A stretch of DNA of 63,674 bases, filler included, from Lama guanicoe (GCA_013239625.1; 169 parts of 169 records of this genome joined end to end with filler, not necessarily neighbours in it), one strand, 5' to 3'; counted from the whole stretch's first letter, positions 1 through 12,813 are shown. Program-made: numbers and translations. Notes: generated by a model from the letters alone, not told the origin.

Positions 1-754
1 CTCTACAGAAAACAAGTTTTTCCATTCAGTGTTCATTGTCTATGAGCTCAGACCTTGCGAAGTGACAAAGAATGGTGCTAGAGATTTACAGAATTTGCAG
101 CCCGGTTGGGGAGGTGAGAGAGACCTGAGCCAATATGGCGCATTCGTACAAATAATGGAATGTCATGCAACTGTAAAGGGGAGTGAGGTAAACTTGCATG
201 AACTGTTATGGAAAGATGGCCATGATATAGCAGTGGAAGAAAACTGCTGATTGCAGTGGCGTTTGGTGATATATATANNNNNNNNNNNNNNNNNNNNNNN
301 NNNNNNNNNNNNNNNNNNNNNTTAATTAATTAANNNNNNNNNNNNNNNNNNNNNNNNNNNNNNNNNNNNNNNNNNNNATACTGACCATCTATAAATGAAA
401 CAGATATATATTTTAAACATCTGATAGGAGATATATATTGGATGGGACAGTTAGGTAAGAAAAAAAATAAAACTAGAGCAAAAACCTATGTTTAAGTGAC
501 TGTATTGTTAATCAGCACCCCTTGTGGGATTTAAAAATTACCCATTTTTTAAGGATAGCAGCACTAAAATATTAACCACGTAAATATTAACCTGCAAAAT
601 ATGATTTATGAAATAAAAGATCAAACAAATAAGAAAAAGCACCTAAGTTCCAAANNNNNNNNNNNNNNNNNNNNNNNNNNNNNNNNNNNNNNNNNNNNTT
701 AATTAATTAANNNNNNNNNNNNNNNNNNNNNNNNNNNNNNNNNNNNNNNNNNNN

Positions 755-1031
755 GAACAGACATACTGGAGGAGAGACTAAATGAAATGCAAGACAGAGA
801 TAGGTCATTTAAAATTATCCAAAATGAAGAACACGGAAAGAAAATAAAATTTAAAGGAATTTGAACAGAAACTCAAGCACCAGTCCAAGGACATCAAGTG
901 GTCTAAGATTTATGTCCTGGGAATACCTGGGAATACCACAGAGGGAGGAGAGACAGAGCGGGCAAAAAAAATTTGACAAAATAAAGGCCCAAATTTCCCT
1001 AAACTTGATTAAACACAGAACTTTGCAGACA
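755..1031 (+). mobile_element. Old LINE-1 ORF1-region fragment
   Basis: A-rich, L1 ORF1-like text (gaaatgcaagacagag...ggaataccacagagggaggagagacagagc...tttgacaaaataaaggcccaaatttccctaaacttgatt); degenerate. Confidence 0.7.
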
Positions 1032-1131
1032 NNNNNNNNNNNNNNNNNNNNNNNNNNNNNNNNNNNNNNNNNNNNTTAATTAATTAANNNNNNNNNNNNN
1101 NNNNNNNNNNNNNNNNNNNNNNNNNNNNNNN

Positions 1132-1390
1132 TCCTCTCCAGATGACTGGGTGCACTGGGGACAAGGCTGGGCCCTGCCTCTTTGCCCCACCCTGGGAGTG
1201 ACCCAGTGACTGCCAAGCCCAACAAAGAAGCGCCCTCACGCTTTCTGCTTGTGCTTTCCACCCTGACCTCAAATAAAGGCACCTGCCCGCGGTCCTCTCT
1301 CTCGGCGCCCCACCTGCCTGTTGAGCCCGCTCCCTGGACGCTCCTCCCGTGTGGCACCATGCCGCCCTCTCAGGACCCTCTCCCAGGGTA
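1132..1390 (+). mobile_element. ERV LTR fragment (MER74/ERVL-like)
   Basis: AATAAA followed by ggcacctgccc...ctctctc...ctcccgtgtggc...ccctctcaggaccc, resembling the R/U5 part of ERVL-class LTRs (from memory). Confidence 0.4.
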
Positions 1391-1508
1391 GTTTTCATTG
1401 CCCTGGTGNNNNNNNNNNNNNNNNNNNNNNNNNNNNNNNNNNNNNNNNNNNNTTAATTAATTAANNNNNNNNNNNNNNNNNNNNNNNNNNNNNNNNNNNN
1501 NNNNNNNN

Positions 1509-1785
1509 GATGAAATCATGCCTTAGAGACTACATGGATCTCACTGAGATTCTAGCTCCCCAAGGATGCTTGTTTTCTGTGAGATATGGTCCCTCATCTC
1601 TGCCTGCTGACTGATAACTCAAATCACTTTACCGCGTATTTTGAAAGTGGGGAGTAGTACATTCCTTGGTATTTTAAGAAATAATTCACTCACCAAAAGA
1701 ATTGGTCAGATACACGTGACTGATGTGTGCCAGAAGGAATGAGGGGACACATCTGGGGGCATCTCGGGATTACTGAACCAGAGAT
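1509..1785 (+). repeat. Duplicated segment, copy A (partner is 22990..23266, reverse complement)
   Basis: Ungapped end-to-end alignment to the reverse complement of 22990..23266 with about 18 substitutions in 277 bp (manual count). Confidence 0.97.
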
Positions 1786-3015
1786 NNNNNNNNNNNNNNN
1801 NNNNNNNNNNNNNNNNNNNNNNNNNNNNNTTAATTAATTAANNNNNNNNNNNNNNNNNNNNNNNNNNNNNNNNNNNNNNNNNNNNATTTTATATATAGTA
1901 GTTAGTATCTGCAGATCTCAAACTCCTAATTTATCCCTTCCCACCCTCTTCCCCTGCCCCCATAACCATAAGTTTGTTATCTTAACTAACTTTGGTTAAC
2001 AAACTTATTTTGCAAATTTTTCAAGATGTATGATCATATGAACACATTGTTAGAGCCTCTCCCAGGACCCTGGAAGGAAAACATAGAAACAAAGAACCTT
2101 TAAAATTAATCATACAGTTTTATAATAAACACTCCTCTGCATGTATGTTTTGTATAATAGCNNNNNNNNNNNNNNNNNNNNNNNNNNNNNNNNNNNNNNN
2201 NNNNNTTAATTAATTAANNNNNNNNNNNNNNNNNNNNNNNNNNNNNNNNNNNNNNNNNNNNCTGTGAATCTAGCTGGTCACTGAAGAGACAAGTTGGATA
2301 TTAAGATACATGTCCTTTTCGTCTCATGAAGCTTCAATAAATCACAATGAACAAACACATCTTCTCATCGCAACTGGACTCAGATCACAGCAGCCCGGGA
2401 TTACGGTCCATCCATATGTGCTGGCCCTTCCTGCGGGACAATTCTGTTTCTCAGTTCCCTCTAAGACAGGCTTTGCCCTATGGTAGGCACTAGCCAACGA
2501 AATATGAATGGAAGTGACAATGTTTTATCCAGCAGCCANNNNNNNNNNNNNNNNNNNNNNNNNNNNNNNNNNNNNNNNNNNNTTAATTAATTAANNNNNN
2601 NNNNNNNNNNNNNNNNNNNNNNNNNNNNNNNNNNNNNNTTCTTTATTTTATCACCAGAGATTTTGTTTCCTTTCACTCGCTCACATGAAATATGGCTGGT
2701 TGATGCCCCATAAAGAGCGCTAGCCTTCGGCAACTGAGAGGAGAGTGGCAGCCTGCCTGACTAATGGTCGGGTAAAGTCTCTGATGCACAGGGATCAAAT
2801 TAAATAAGGCTCCGTGTTGTCAAGATTTAGAATCTACTGATGCACCAACATTTATTCATCTGCTTTTTATTTAGCTTTGAAGGCCTGCAGGTCAGCTGCC
2901 TCTGATTGCTTTGGCNNNNNNNNNNNNNNNNNNNNNNNNNNNNNNNNNNNNNNNNNNNNTTAATTAATTAANNNNNNNNNNNNNNNNNNNNNNNNNNNNN
3001 NNNNNNNNNNNNNNN

Positions 3016-3292
3016 CCACGAGCCCTCCTCCAGCGCCCGCCCGCGGCCCGGCGGAGGCCGGAGGCCTTGACGTCTGAGCGAGAAAACTTCGCACGTCAGG
3101 AACGAGGCGTCACAAAACCTGCCGAAGCCCGTGAGGGACGGACGACAGGCCCTGGGCCGCGGTCGGCAGGCGCAGCAGGTCACCCCGGAACCTCCGCCCC
3201 GCGCGGGACGCCCCCGGGCGGGGCCCCCGAACACGGAGGGGGAGCAGGGCCCCCCGGCAGCGGGCGGTGCGCGGGGGGCGCCGGGGGCGCGC
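3016..3292. promoter_or_regulatory. CpG-island / promoter-like fragment
   Basis: Very GC- and CpG-rich. Three CRE/ATF half-sites (TGACG at 3068, CGTCA at 3094 and 3108) and GC boxes (CCGCCC, GGGCGG). Confidence 0.6.
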
Positions 3293-3769
3293 NNNNNNNN
3301 NNNNNNNNNNNNNNNNNNNNNNNNNNNNNNNNNNNNTTAATTAATTAANNNNNNNNNNNNNNNNNNNNNNNNNNNNNNNNNNNNNNNNNNNNACACTCTG
3401 GGAGTGCTAGAGGCAAAGGTCAGCGAGCAGGGAAGAGGACACCTTTCCTAGGAGCGGCTGCAGTGGGAGGCGGCGAGTTTGTATCAGCACACATCCCCCC
3501 AAACTGTCCGCAACCCCGAGATCTGATGGCCAGCAAGGCATCATCATCTTGCTAGAGCACCATCCCTCCAAAGCTACTTAAGACGTGGATGTGCGGGCTG
3601 GCTGGGCTGGTGTGGAAGACGAAGGAGGGCAGAAGAAGAAATCATTGTGGGCAAACCAAAATGATAAAGNNNNNNNNNNNNNNNNNNNNNNNNNNNNNNN
3701 NNNNNNNNNNNNNTTAATTAATTAANNNNNNNNNNNNNNNNNNNNNNNNNNNNNNNNNNNNNNNNNNNN

Positions 3770-4046
3770 GCCATGACCAAATAAACACATTTTTTGCTAG
3801 TAAAATGACTGACTTTTTAAAATTAACAGCCCCTACACCCCAATCTGTCACCTAATTTAGGTAATTTTCCCTTCAAGTATCAGTTCTCCTTCACTTAATG
3901 AGCATAACCTCTAAGAGAGCAGACGTACTATTTGAACAACTAAGTCAATAAACATTATTGGATAAACTTGTTGAATGCTGAGAATAGTAATAAAAGGATT
4001 GTAGCTACTGAATAAATCTGTCAAATAAATAAAAATACATTCCTTT
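3770..4046 (+). repeat. Duplicated segment, copy A (partner is 12060..12336, reverse complement)
   Basis: Ungapped end-to-end alignment to the reverse complement of 12060..12336 with about 13 substitutions in 277 bp. Confidence 0.97.
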
Positions 4047-4523
4047 NNNNNNNNNNNNNNNNNNNNNNNNNNNNNNNNNNNNNNNNNNNNTTAATTAATT
4101 AANNNNNNNNNNNNNNNNNNNNNNNNNNNNNNNNNNNNNNNNNNNNTATCAGATTTAAATAAGTCTAATATTATGAGTGAAAGATCAGGTGGCCACTCTG
4201 GATATGTAAATGTTCTATTACTGTCAGACAGTGGGCTTTCTGAATGATACATTTTAATAAACAGACATTTTGGGAATCCTTGAGAGTATGTAGGAAAAAA
4301 AGGGGGGGACAGAAAAACACAAAATGAAATTGACACCTGTTATTTTTGGATGGTGGAAAAATTATGAGCTTATATCTTTTTGCAAATTTGTTTTTATACA
4401 TTTTTCACAATGAGCATATACTANNNNNNNNNNNNNNNNNNNNNNNNNNNNNNNNNNNNNNNNNNNNTTAATTAATTAANNNNNNNNNNNNNNNNNNNNN
4501 NNNNNNNNNNNNNNNNNNNNNNN

Positions 4524-4800
<277 letters not shown>

Positions 4801-5277
4801 NNNNNNNNNNNNNNNNNNNNNNNNNNNNNNNNNNNNNNNNNNNNTTAATTAATTAANNNNNNNNNNNNNNNNNNNNNNNNNNNNNNNNNNNNNNNNNNNN
4901 AGATGTGTCCAGACTAGAACTCAAATGTGGGAGATCAAACTTTAAGGGCACTCTTCTTTAAACTGTACTATATTTGTGGAAACATTATGCCAGAAATCTG
5001 CAAAAGGTTGTTCCAAAAGCATTAGGATGGCTTCCCCACAAGACCAGACAGCAGGGAAAGGCAAGGCACCATCCATGGACCTAGTCAGCCCAGCACCACT
5101 GAACCCTGACTCCAACACTGCAGCCTTCAGTCTGCTCTTTAACAAGCCAACACTCTTCTCATCTTAGAGACCCAAATNNNNNNNNNNNNNNNNNNNNNNN
5201 NNNNNNNNNNNNNNNNNNNNNTTAATTAATTAANNNNNNNNNNNNNNNNNNNNNNNNNNNNNNNNNNNNNNNNNNNN

Positions 5278-5340
5278 AGGAGGGTTCCCTTTTCTCCACA
5301 CCCTCTCCAGCATTTATCGTTCGTGGCCTTTTTACTGATG
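5278..5340 (-). mobile_element. LINE-1 ORF2 3' fragment
   Basis: agggttcccttttctccacaccctctccagcatttat is typical antisense L1 text. Confidence 0.8.
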
Positions 5341-5445
5341 AGCCAGGGTAACTTTAAATTATCTTGTGCTGGTTTCATGGCTGGAAACCAGAGCTACAGA
5401 AGTCTTGCTCTGCACTCCTTACTCTGCCCATTTTCAGCCCTCCAG

Positions 5446-5553
5446 AGGTGGCCTGTGAACCTCATCACGGCAGATTATGTGTCCCCAGTCCATGAAGCCT
5501 GTCCTGGAGGTCATCCTTCTTGTGCAAACATTTTATTAAAGCATGGAGCTCAG
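5446..5553 (+). CDS. ASB9: 108-nt ankyrin-repeat exon of an ASB9-like gene (possibly a degenerate duplicate)
   Basis: Pyrimidine-rich acceptor (ttttcagccctccag) followed by RWPVNLITADYVSPVHEACPGGHPSCANILLKHGAQ, which matches the ASB9 ankyrin segment GWAVNIITADHVSPLHEACLGGH..C..ILLKHGAQ. The contig ends at the expected exon end. Confidence 0.8.
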
Positions 5554-7161
5554 NNNNNNNNNNNNNNNNNNNNNNNNNNNNNNNNNNNNNNNNNNNNTTA
5601 ATTAATTAANNNNNNNNNNNNNNNNNNNNNNNNNNNNNNNNNNNNNNNNNNNNATATTACACTTTGTTTTGTTCAGAAATGTACTAAAATAGAAAATCGC
5701 ATCGCCAATGACACCAGGGATCCTGGAGTCACCAACACGACAGCTTTTTACATCAGTCTGCACTTCCTACTGTTACATTCATGATGATTCTGCATGTACG
5801 TGTGCATGTATACTTGTGCTAATTTGAGATTGTGAAATAAAAAGGACATTTTTCTTCCTTGAAACCCAAAGCCATTCACCATAAATAGGTGTCAAGATCT
5901 AAATGCACTGTTTCATAGTTTAGTGTAATTNNNNNNNNNNNNNNNNNNNNNNNNNNNNNNNNNNNNNNNNNNNNTTAATTAATTAANNNNNNNNNNNNNN
6001 NNNNNNNNNNNNNNNNNNNNNNNNNNNNNNTTTCACATTCAGTTTACCTCTTCTAATTTACTTTGATGTGGATTTATCAGCGTCCATGGGTCTCCCCTCA
6101 ATATCTTCCACTGCGGGATCACTAACAAATCTAAATGATAAAAGTCCGCTTAAAGAAATTGTGTAAAACTTTCTCTATTTTCTTAGATGGACGTTTTAAG
6201 GGACAGAAAAGCACCACGTCATAGTGTGTAATCCTTTTTTTTTCTTTCTCTGTGGCTTATGAAGTGATGGAGCAACTTTCCACTGATGGTGTCTTTTACT
6301 GATGAAANNNNNNNNNNNNNNNNNNNNNNNNNNNNNNNNNNNNNNNNNNNNTTAATTAATTAANNNNNNNNNNNNNNNNNNNNNNNNNNNNNNNNNNNNN
6401 NNNNNNNAAAAAAAAAAAAATCCAGCACACAATCATGATGGCCTGTAGAAATGGCTTCCACCTGGCTGAATGGCTGTGCTGAGCTCAGTTTTGCCAACCA
6501 GGGCAAAACAGAAAAATCAGAGCTTAAAGTGAAAAAAAGGACCTCCAACGGGAGTGATGCAAGCAAAGAACTAACGAGGCTTCTTTGAAGGCTGGCACTC
6601 GTTAACGCTCTAACTTTCACAGTGAGGTTCGGTAGAAAAAGAAGAAAAGAATTTCAAAATAGAGAATCCATGTTCAAATCTCCANNNNNNNNNNNNNNNN
6701 NNNNNNNNNNNNNNNNNNNNNNNNNNNNTTAATTAATTAANNNNNNNNNNNNNNNNNNNNNNNNNNNNNNNNNNNNNNNNNNNNTTCCATTCTTTATATC
6801 TTCCTTTACACATTCACCTTATTTTCCTAGGATGCTGAGAGGTTTCCCTTAATAGCAGAGAATATTTCAGGGTGGCGCCAAACATTTATTAATATTTTTA
6901 AACACCTTTAGTTTTTCTGTAAGAGGAAGTCAAATGTTAAGTAATATTTCAATCTTACTTTATCTGAAAATAGCATAGCTATTTAATAAACTCCCATCAT
7001 TTAACTTAATTAAGCACAACTCTAGAATTTAAAGATACCAAATATTTAGAGATTATTTTAANNNNNNNNNNNNNNNNNNNNNNNNNNNNNNNNNNNNNNN
7101 NNNNNTTAATTAATTAANNNNNNNNNNNNNNNNNNNNNNNNNNNNNNNNNNNNNNNNNNNN

Positions 7162-7438
7162 ACTTCAAACTAAAAAGCTTCCGCACAGCCAAGGAAACCA
7201 TCAATAAAACCAGAAGACGTCCTACTGAATAAGAGACGTTTTTTGCAAATGATATATCCCATGAAGGTTTAATGTGAAAAATATCCATAAAACTCATACA
7301 AATCAACATCAAGAAAAGCTTAACAACCATATTAAAATATGGGGAGAGGACCTGAATAGACTTTTTCCCAAAGAAGTCATAAAGATAGCTAACAGGCACA
7401 TGAAAAGATGCTCAATATCACTAATCATCAGGGAAATG
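7162..7438 (+). mobile_element. LINE-1 ORF2 fragment (downstream of RT)
   Basis: Disrupted translation FKLKSFRTAKETINKTRRRPTE*E..FAND / [32 protein letters not shown]. Confidence 0.95.
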
Positions 7439-7538
7439 NNNNNNNNNNNNNNNNNNNNNNNNNNNNNNNNNNNNNNNNNNNNTTAATTAATTAANNNNNN
7501 NNNNNNNNNNNNNNNNNNNNNNNNNNNNNNNNNNNNNN

Positions 7539-7812
7539 TTGCAAACTCCACTACATAGATATAAATGGGGAGGAACAAGCTCCAACTCGGTTTTACACTG
7601 GAAACTGCCAGAAGTTCAAACCGACACTAGGAGACAGACTGAGAAACCAGAGTAAGTGTTTCTCCTGCAACTTGTTCCGTTTTGTCTAGATGAAAGAACG
7701 TCCCTCAACATGCTCAGTTTTGAGAGTTAAGCGTTTGTCAAATCCGTCCTTCAACTAGCTTGATGGGAACACAAAGTTTCTCTTCAGTTGCAAACTCCAA
7801 TACATACATATT
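7539..7812. repeat. Satellite-like tandem repeat monomer, unit about 249 bp
   Basis: The contig start ttgcaaactccactacatagatata (7539) recurs at 7788 as ttgcaaactccaatacatacatatt (22 of 25 identical). Confidence 0.7.
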
Positions 7813-10800
7813 NNNNNNNNNNNNNNNNNNNNNNNNNNNNNNNNNNNNNNNNNNNNTTAATTAATTAANNNNNNNNNNNNNNNNNNNNNNNNNNNNNNNN
7901 NNNNNNNNNNNNCACTTGTCCTTGGGCTACTCCTGACTAAGGAACAACTATGTCCAGTGTTTGGCAGGGTCTTCTGTTCAAAAGATGACAAACTGTTGAG
8001 GAAACAGATCTTAAAGGAGACTTCCTATGAATCTACCAGTCTTAAATTGGGAAAAAGGCAAAATTGCCTGGCTCCACAAAGTTCACATTCACGGAAACAT
8101 CAGCTATTCTCAGAAATCACTGTCAAGGTCACAACCATTCATCCAGACTCACTGGAGTATTTTATTTCTCAGAGCTAATTCCATCACACNNNNNNNNNNN
8201 NNNNNNNNNNNNNNNNNNNNNNNNNNNNNNNNNTTAATTAATTAANNNNNNNNNNNNNNNNNNNNNNNNNNNNNNNNNNNNNNNNNNNNGATTGGCCAGA
8301 ACTCGTCGTGTAGTTCCCCAAGCAACCACAAGGGGGCCGGGAAGTGCAAACAGCCAGGTGTCCTGAAGGCAGAGAGCAGGAGGTAACTTGCGCACCAGCA
8401 TATGAACTATTCCACTGCATATAAACTATGTAATTGAATGCGCTCTGGGTCTGAGGAATAGAGGCCCAACCTTACAGAGCTGCAGCCCCTCATAAGCCCA
8501 TTTCCAGAATTCAGACGCCCCTGACCAGCTTAAACAGCACACGTACACACTGTGCACGTTTTTCCTNNNNNNNNNNNNNNNNNNNNNNNNNNNNNNNNNN
8601 NNNNNNNNNNTTAATTAATTAANNNNNNNNNNNNNNNNNNNNNNNNNNNNNNNNNNNNNNNNNNNNTTCCTCAGGAAAAACAATTAGACACGTGATAATA
8701 AATGTAACGTTGTCCGTGTAGAAAAATCACCTGACACATTCCAGCAGCTCAATAATGGGTTCCCTGGTATTGCATTTTAAACAACTCTTGTAGCCTTAAA
8801 GTATTTTAATCGGTGTTAAGAACGTCTATGTGGACTAGAAACACTAATAATTACAGATATGGGGAAAATCTTTACCTGGGAAAACCAATGATTATAGTTT
8901 TTATTATTTTTTGTTGACTTTTTTAAGCATCTAAGAAAAAGAANNNNNNNNNNNNNNNNNNNNNNNNNNNNNNNNNNNNNNNNNNNNTTAATTAATTAAN
9001 NNNNNNNNNNNNNNNNNNNNNNNNNNNNNNNNNNNNNNNNNNNGGAGACTGTGAATAATCTTGAATGCTTCATGATCAGTGCCTGAAAGAAAAAAGAAAC
9101 AGGGAGTTGTTAGCACTCATCCTGGTTCTGAGGGTTTTGAAAAAGGCATTCAATCTTCTAACTTACTCTGAAGAGGGAATGAAGCTGGTGTGTCCATGAA
9201 AGAGATCTTAGAGACTTCCAGAACCCATAGCCTGGTTGACTGGTGAAGATCTTTGTCTCTGGAAGCCAGTCAGTAAAGACAGCAGATTACTTCTTCAAAT
9301 GCAAAGACATCAATGCAAGANNNNNNNNNNNNNNNNNNNNNNNNNNNNNNNNNNNNNNNNNNNNTTAATTAATTAANNNNNNNNNNNNNNNNNNNNNNNN
9401 NNNNNNNNNNNNNNNNNNNNGAGAAGCATGTATTATTGGATATGAAGCTGCAGAATACATAAATCTGGTGTAGCTGTTGCTGGAGAAATAGAGAACATAA
9501 TAAAATGTTAATAGATCGAAATCTCAAGAAATGGTTCCACTTGCTTTATTTAGTGTGCCTGCCAGGTGGCTTAAGGACAGCAGGGTATTTATGTTTTTGG
9601 TAACATTTTAACAGCAGTATATTGCCCAGGGCTGCCTTCACAGCCTTGTTCCTCAGACTATAGATGAGAGGGTTCAGGCTGGGCGATACCATAGTGTNNN
9701 NNNNNNNNNNNNNNNNNNNNNNNNNNNNNNNNNNNNNNNNNTTAATTAATTAANNNNNNNNNNNNNNNNNNNNNNNNNNNNNNNNNNNNNNNNNNNNGCT
9801 CTGCCCCAGGGCCCTTGAGATTTCTCTGCCCTGGAGTTCAGGGGGCTCGCCAAGGCCCCTCCCCTCAGAGGATCGGACCTAGCGCAGCTCCTCCACCAGC
9901 TGCCAGACCTAGGAAGCGGGATCTGTGTGGAGGCCAGGGGTCTGATGACAAGCTGCCCCAGCCCAAGCCTGACCTCGGGATCTCTGGGACGCCAGCCTTG
10001 CCTCCGGGGCTGGTGCGCCCCTCACAACCGAAAAAGAGGAGGTGCGACCCATGTGTTGGAGGGAGTGGGAGGAGNNNNNNNNNNNNNNNNNNNNNNNNNN
10101 NNNNNNNNNNNNNNNNNNTTAATTAATTAANNNNNNNNNNNNNNNNNNNNNNNNNNNNNNNNNNNNNNNNNNNNTTCCCTCCTTTGCCTCTGGCTGGCAG
10201 TGTCACAGTGGGGAATCACGGCTTAGGCGTCACTTTCAGTTTGGATCTTTGCTCTCACTCAGCAACCTCATACCTGGTGGCTTCGCCAAAGCTGATACTA
10301 ATTCTAAGCCAAAGGCTCAGGGGCTTTCAGGGAAAACAGAAATGTAGACAGAGCGTAGCGAAGGCGTCAGAAAGGAAGGGGAAACCACACCCCAGGAGGG
10401 GGACACCCAACTTCTTTGAAGCCCACCTGAGCAGATGACACCAGCATCCTCNNNNNNNNNNNNNNNNNNNNNNNNNNNNNNNNNNNNNNNNNNNNTTAAT
10501 TAATTAANNNNNNNNNNNNNNNNNNNNNNNNNNNNNNNNNNNNNNNNNNNNAAAATGACTTTTATAATTTAAAAAAGAGAGAAAGAACTGACAGTGTTAT
10601 ATTGAAACCAGATGTGAAATGACTAGAATGTAAAACTCAAGAGGAATTTAATTTTTATTCACTTTCTGGTAAATAAGCTGTGTTTCCAGTGTTGATCGTT
10701 CTCCCCTCTCCCAAAATGAAGTCTTTGCAACCAGCTGACACCAGGGGGGAGCTCGGTCTTTAGAAAAATGCTTTACAGCGCAGTGGCATTAGTGAAACTC

Positions 10801-11319
10801 ACTATGAAATCCATTGTCATGGAAAATANNNNNNNNNNNNNNNNNNNNNNNNNNNNNNNNNNNNNNNNNNNNTTAATTAATTAANNNNNNNNNNNNNNNN
10901 NNNNNNNNNNNNNNNNNNNNNNNNNNNNAAATAAATCCATACATTGTAATTGTCTACTATGTCTCTGAAGAACCATTCAATCTATAGGGTCACCCTCAAT
11001 TTTCTTTTTCCCCCTTGGAAGTATTTGTTCACTAAAATAGGGCTGTTTGTCCCAGTTGGGTTTCCACGCATCTGGATTTTTTGATGATAGTCTATTGGTG
11101 TAGTTTTTCATGTTCTGTTGACCCACCCTGTGTCTCCTTGATCAGATTTGTGGTTTTTTTTTTTTTTTTCTTGGCAAGGATATTTTCTAGATGGTAGCAT
11201 ATACANNNNNNNNNNNNNNNNNNNNNNNNNNNNNNNNNNNNNNNNNNNNTTAATTAATTAANNNNNNNNNNNNNNNNNNNNNNNNNNNNNNNNNNNNNNN
11301 NNNNNAAAAGCACAGACCC

Positions 11320-11435
11320 TTGAACCACAATGTCCAGGTTTGAATTCCAGCTCCGCCACTTATCAGCTGCGTCCCTGGGCACCTTTCTTAACTTTCTGTG
11401 CCCTAGCTTCCTCATTAGTAAGAGAGAAATGATCG
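11320..11435 (+). mobile_element. MIR SINE fragment
   Basis: ccaggtttgaattccagctccgccacttatcagctgcgtccctgggca...taactttctgtgcc.tagcttcctcatt matches the MIR B-box/core pattern. Confidence 0.8.
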
Positions 11436-12059
11436 TCACATTATCACCTCCCAGTTCTCCAGCCCTTTCACTCTTCCTTCAAACATTATCAGAATAGGAC
11501 CTGCCCAGAAAAGCCCCGCTGTCGACCACTGTCAGCTCCCCTCGAAGGGGCTGCTCAAGCCCTCTCTCCTCTCGTGGTAGAGNNNNNNNNNNNNNNNNNN
11601 NNNNNNNNNNNNNNNNNNNNNNNNNNTTAATTAATTAANNNNNNNNNNNNNNNNNNNNNNNNNNNNNNNNNNNNNNNNNNNNAATTCCAATGTTTCATGA
11701 GTAAGGGGAACCAGGCAATTGGGCAGAATCTACTCTATTGCTTGTGTATCAGCATTTAAAAAGGTACTCTGGTCCAGAGTCAGGAAGGTAAGTGATCCTT
11801 TGAAAGGCAAACATAACAAGCTCACCAACAAGGCTGTGTATAATTGGAACTCACTCTCCTGAGCTGTCTGTCTCAATTTACATCTTGCTTGGCATTTTGA
11901 AAGACATTTGTCCTCTTAAAATCTTACCTGTTTCTGAAGACACTAGAGCTATATCCTAANNNNNNNNNNNNNNNNNNNNNNNNNNNNNNNNNNNNNNNNN
12001 NNNTTAATTAATTAANNNNNNNNNNNNNNNNNNNNNNNNNNNNNNNNNNNNNNNNNNNN

Positions 12060-12336
12060 AAAGGAATGTATTTTTATTTATTTGACAGATTTATTCAGTA
12101 GCTACAATTCTTTTATTACTATTCTCGGCATTCAATAAGTTTATCCAATAATGTTTATTGACTTAGTTGTTCAAATACTACGTCTGCTGTCTTAGAGGTT
12201 ATGTTCGTTAAGTGAAGGAGAACTGACACTTGAAGGGAGAATTACGTAAATTAGGTGACAGATTGGGGTGTAGGGGCTGTTAACTTCAAAAAGTCAGTCA
12301 TTTTACTAGCAAAAAATGGGTTTATTTGGTCATGGC
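12060..12336 (-). repeat. Duplicated segment, copy B (partner is 3770..4046)
   Basis: The reverse complement aligns end-to-end with 3770..4046. Confidence 0.97.
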
Positions 12337-12436
12337 NNNNNNNNNNNNNNNNNNNNNNNNNNNNNNNNNNNNNNNNNNNNTTAATTAATTAANNNNNNNN
12401 NNNNNNNNNNNNNNNNNNNNNNNNNNNNNNNNNNNN

Positions 12437-12713
12437 ACTTAGAATAGTGTCCTCCAGGTTCATTTGTGTTGTAGCAGTGACAGATCTCTTTCTGTTTTAA
12501 GGCTGAATGATATTCCATTGTGTGTATGGACCATGTTTTCTTTATTCACTCATCCAATAATGGACACTTAGGTTGTTTCTGTCTCTTGGCTACTTTGAAT
12601 AATGCTTCAGTGAATATGTGTGTGTATGATTTCTTCAAGATTCTGTTTTCAACTCTTTTGGAATAATAGTCAGAAGTGAAATTGCTGGATCATTTGGTAG
12701 TTATATTTATAAT
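12437..12713 (-). mobile_element. LINE-1 ORF2 3'/3'UTR fragment
   Basis: ggctgaatgatattccattgtgtgtatggaccat...tggacacttaggttgtttc...gaagtgaaattgctggatcatttggtag is antisense L1. Confidence 0.9.
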
Positions 12714-12813
12714 NNNNNNNNNNNNNNNNNNNNNNNNNNNNNNNNNNNNNNNNNNNNTTAATTAATTAANNNNNNNNNNNNNNNNNNNNNNNNNNNNNNN
12801 NNNNNNNNNNNNN

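Noticed and set aside
2968..3348. Pro/Gly/Arg-rich ORFs in GC-rich contigs (also 25573..25961, 31698..31985, 50870..51251)
   Set aside because: Stop-poor frames are expected at this GC content, open frames occur on both strands, and no domain is recognisable.
7957..8245. Two overlapping ORFs of about 72-73 aa
   Set aside because: No recognisable motif in any frame and no clear splice signals.
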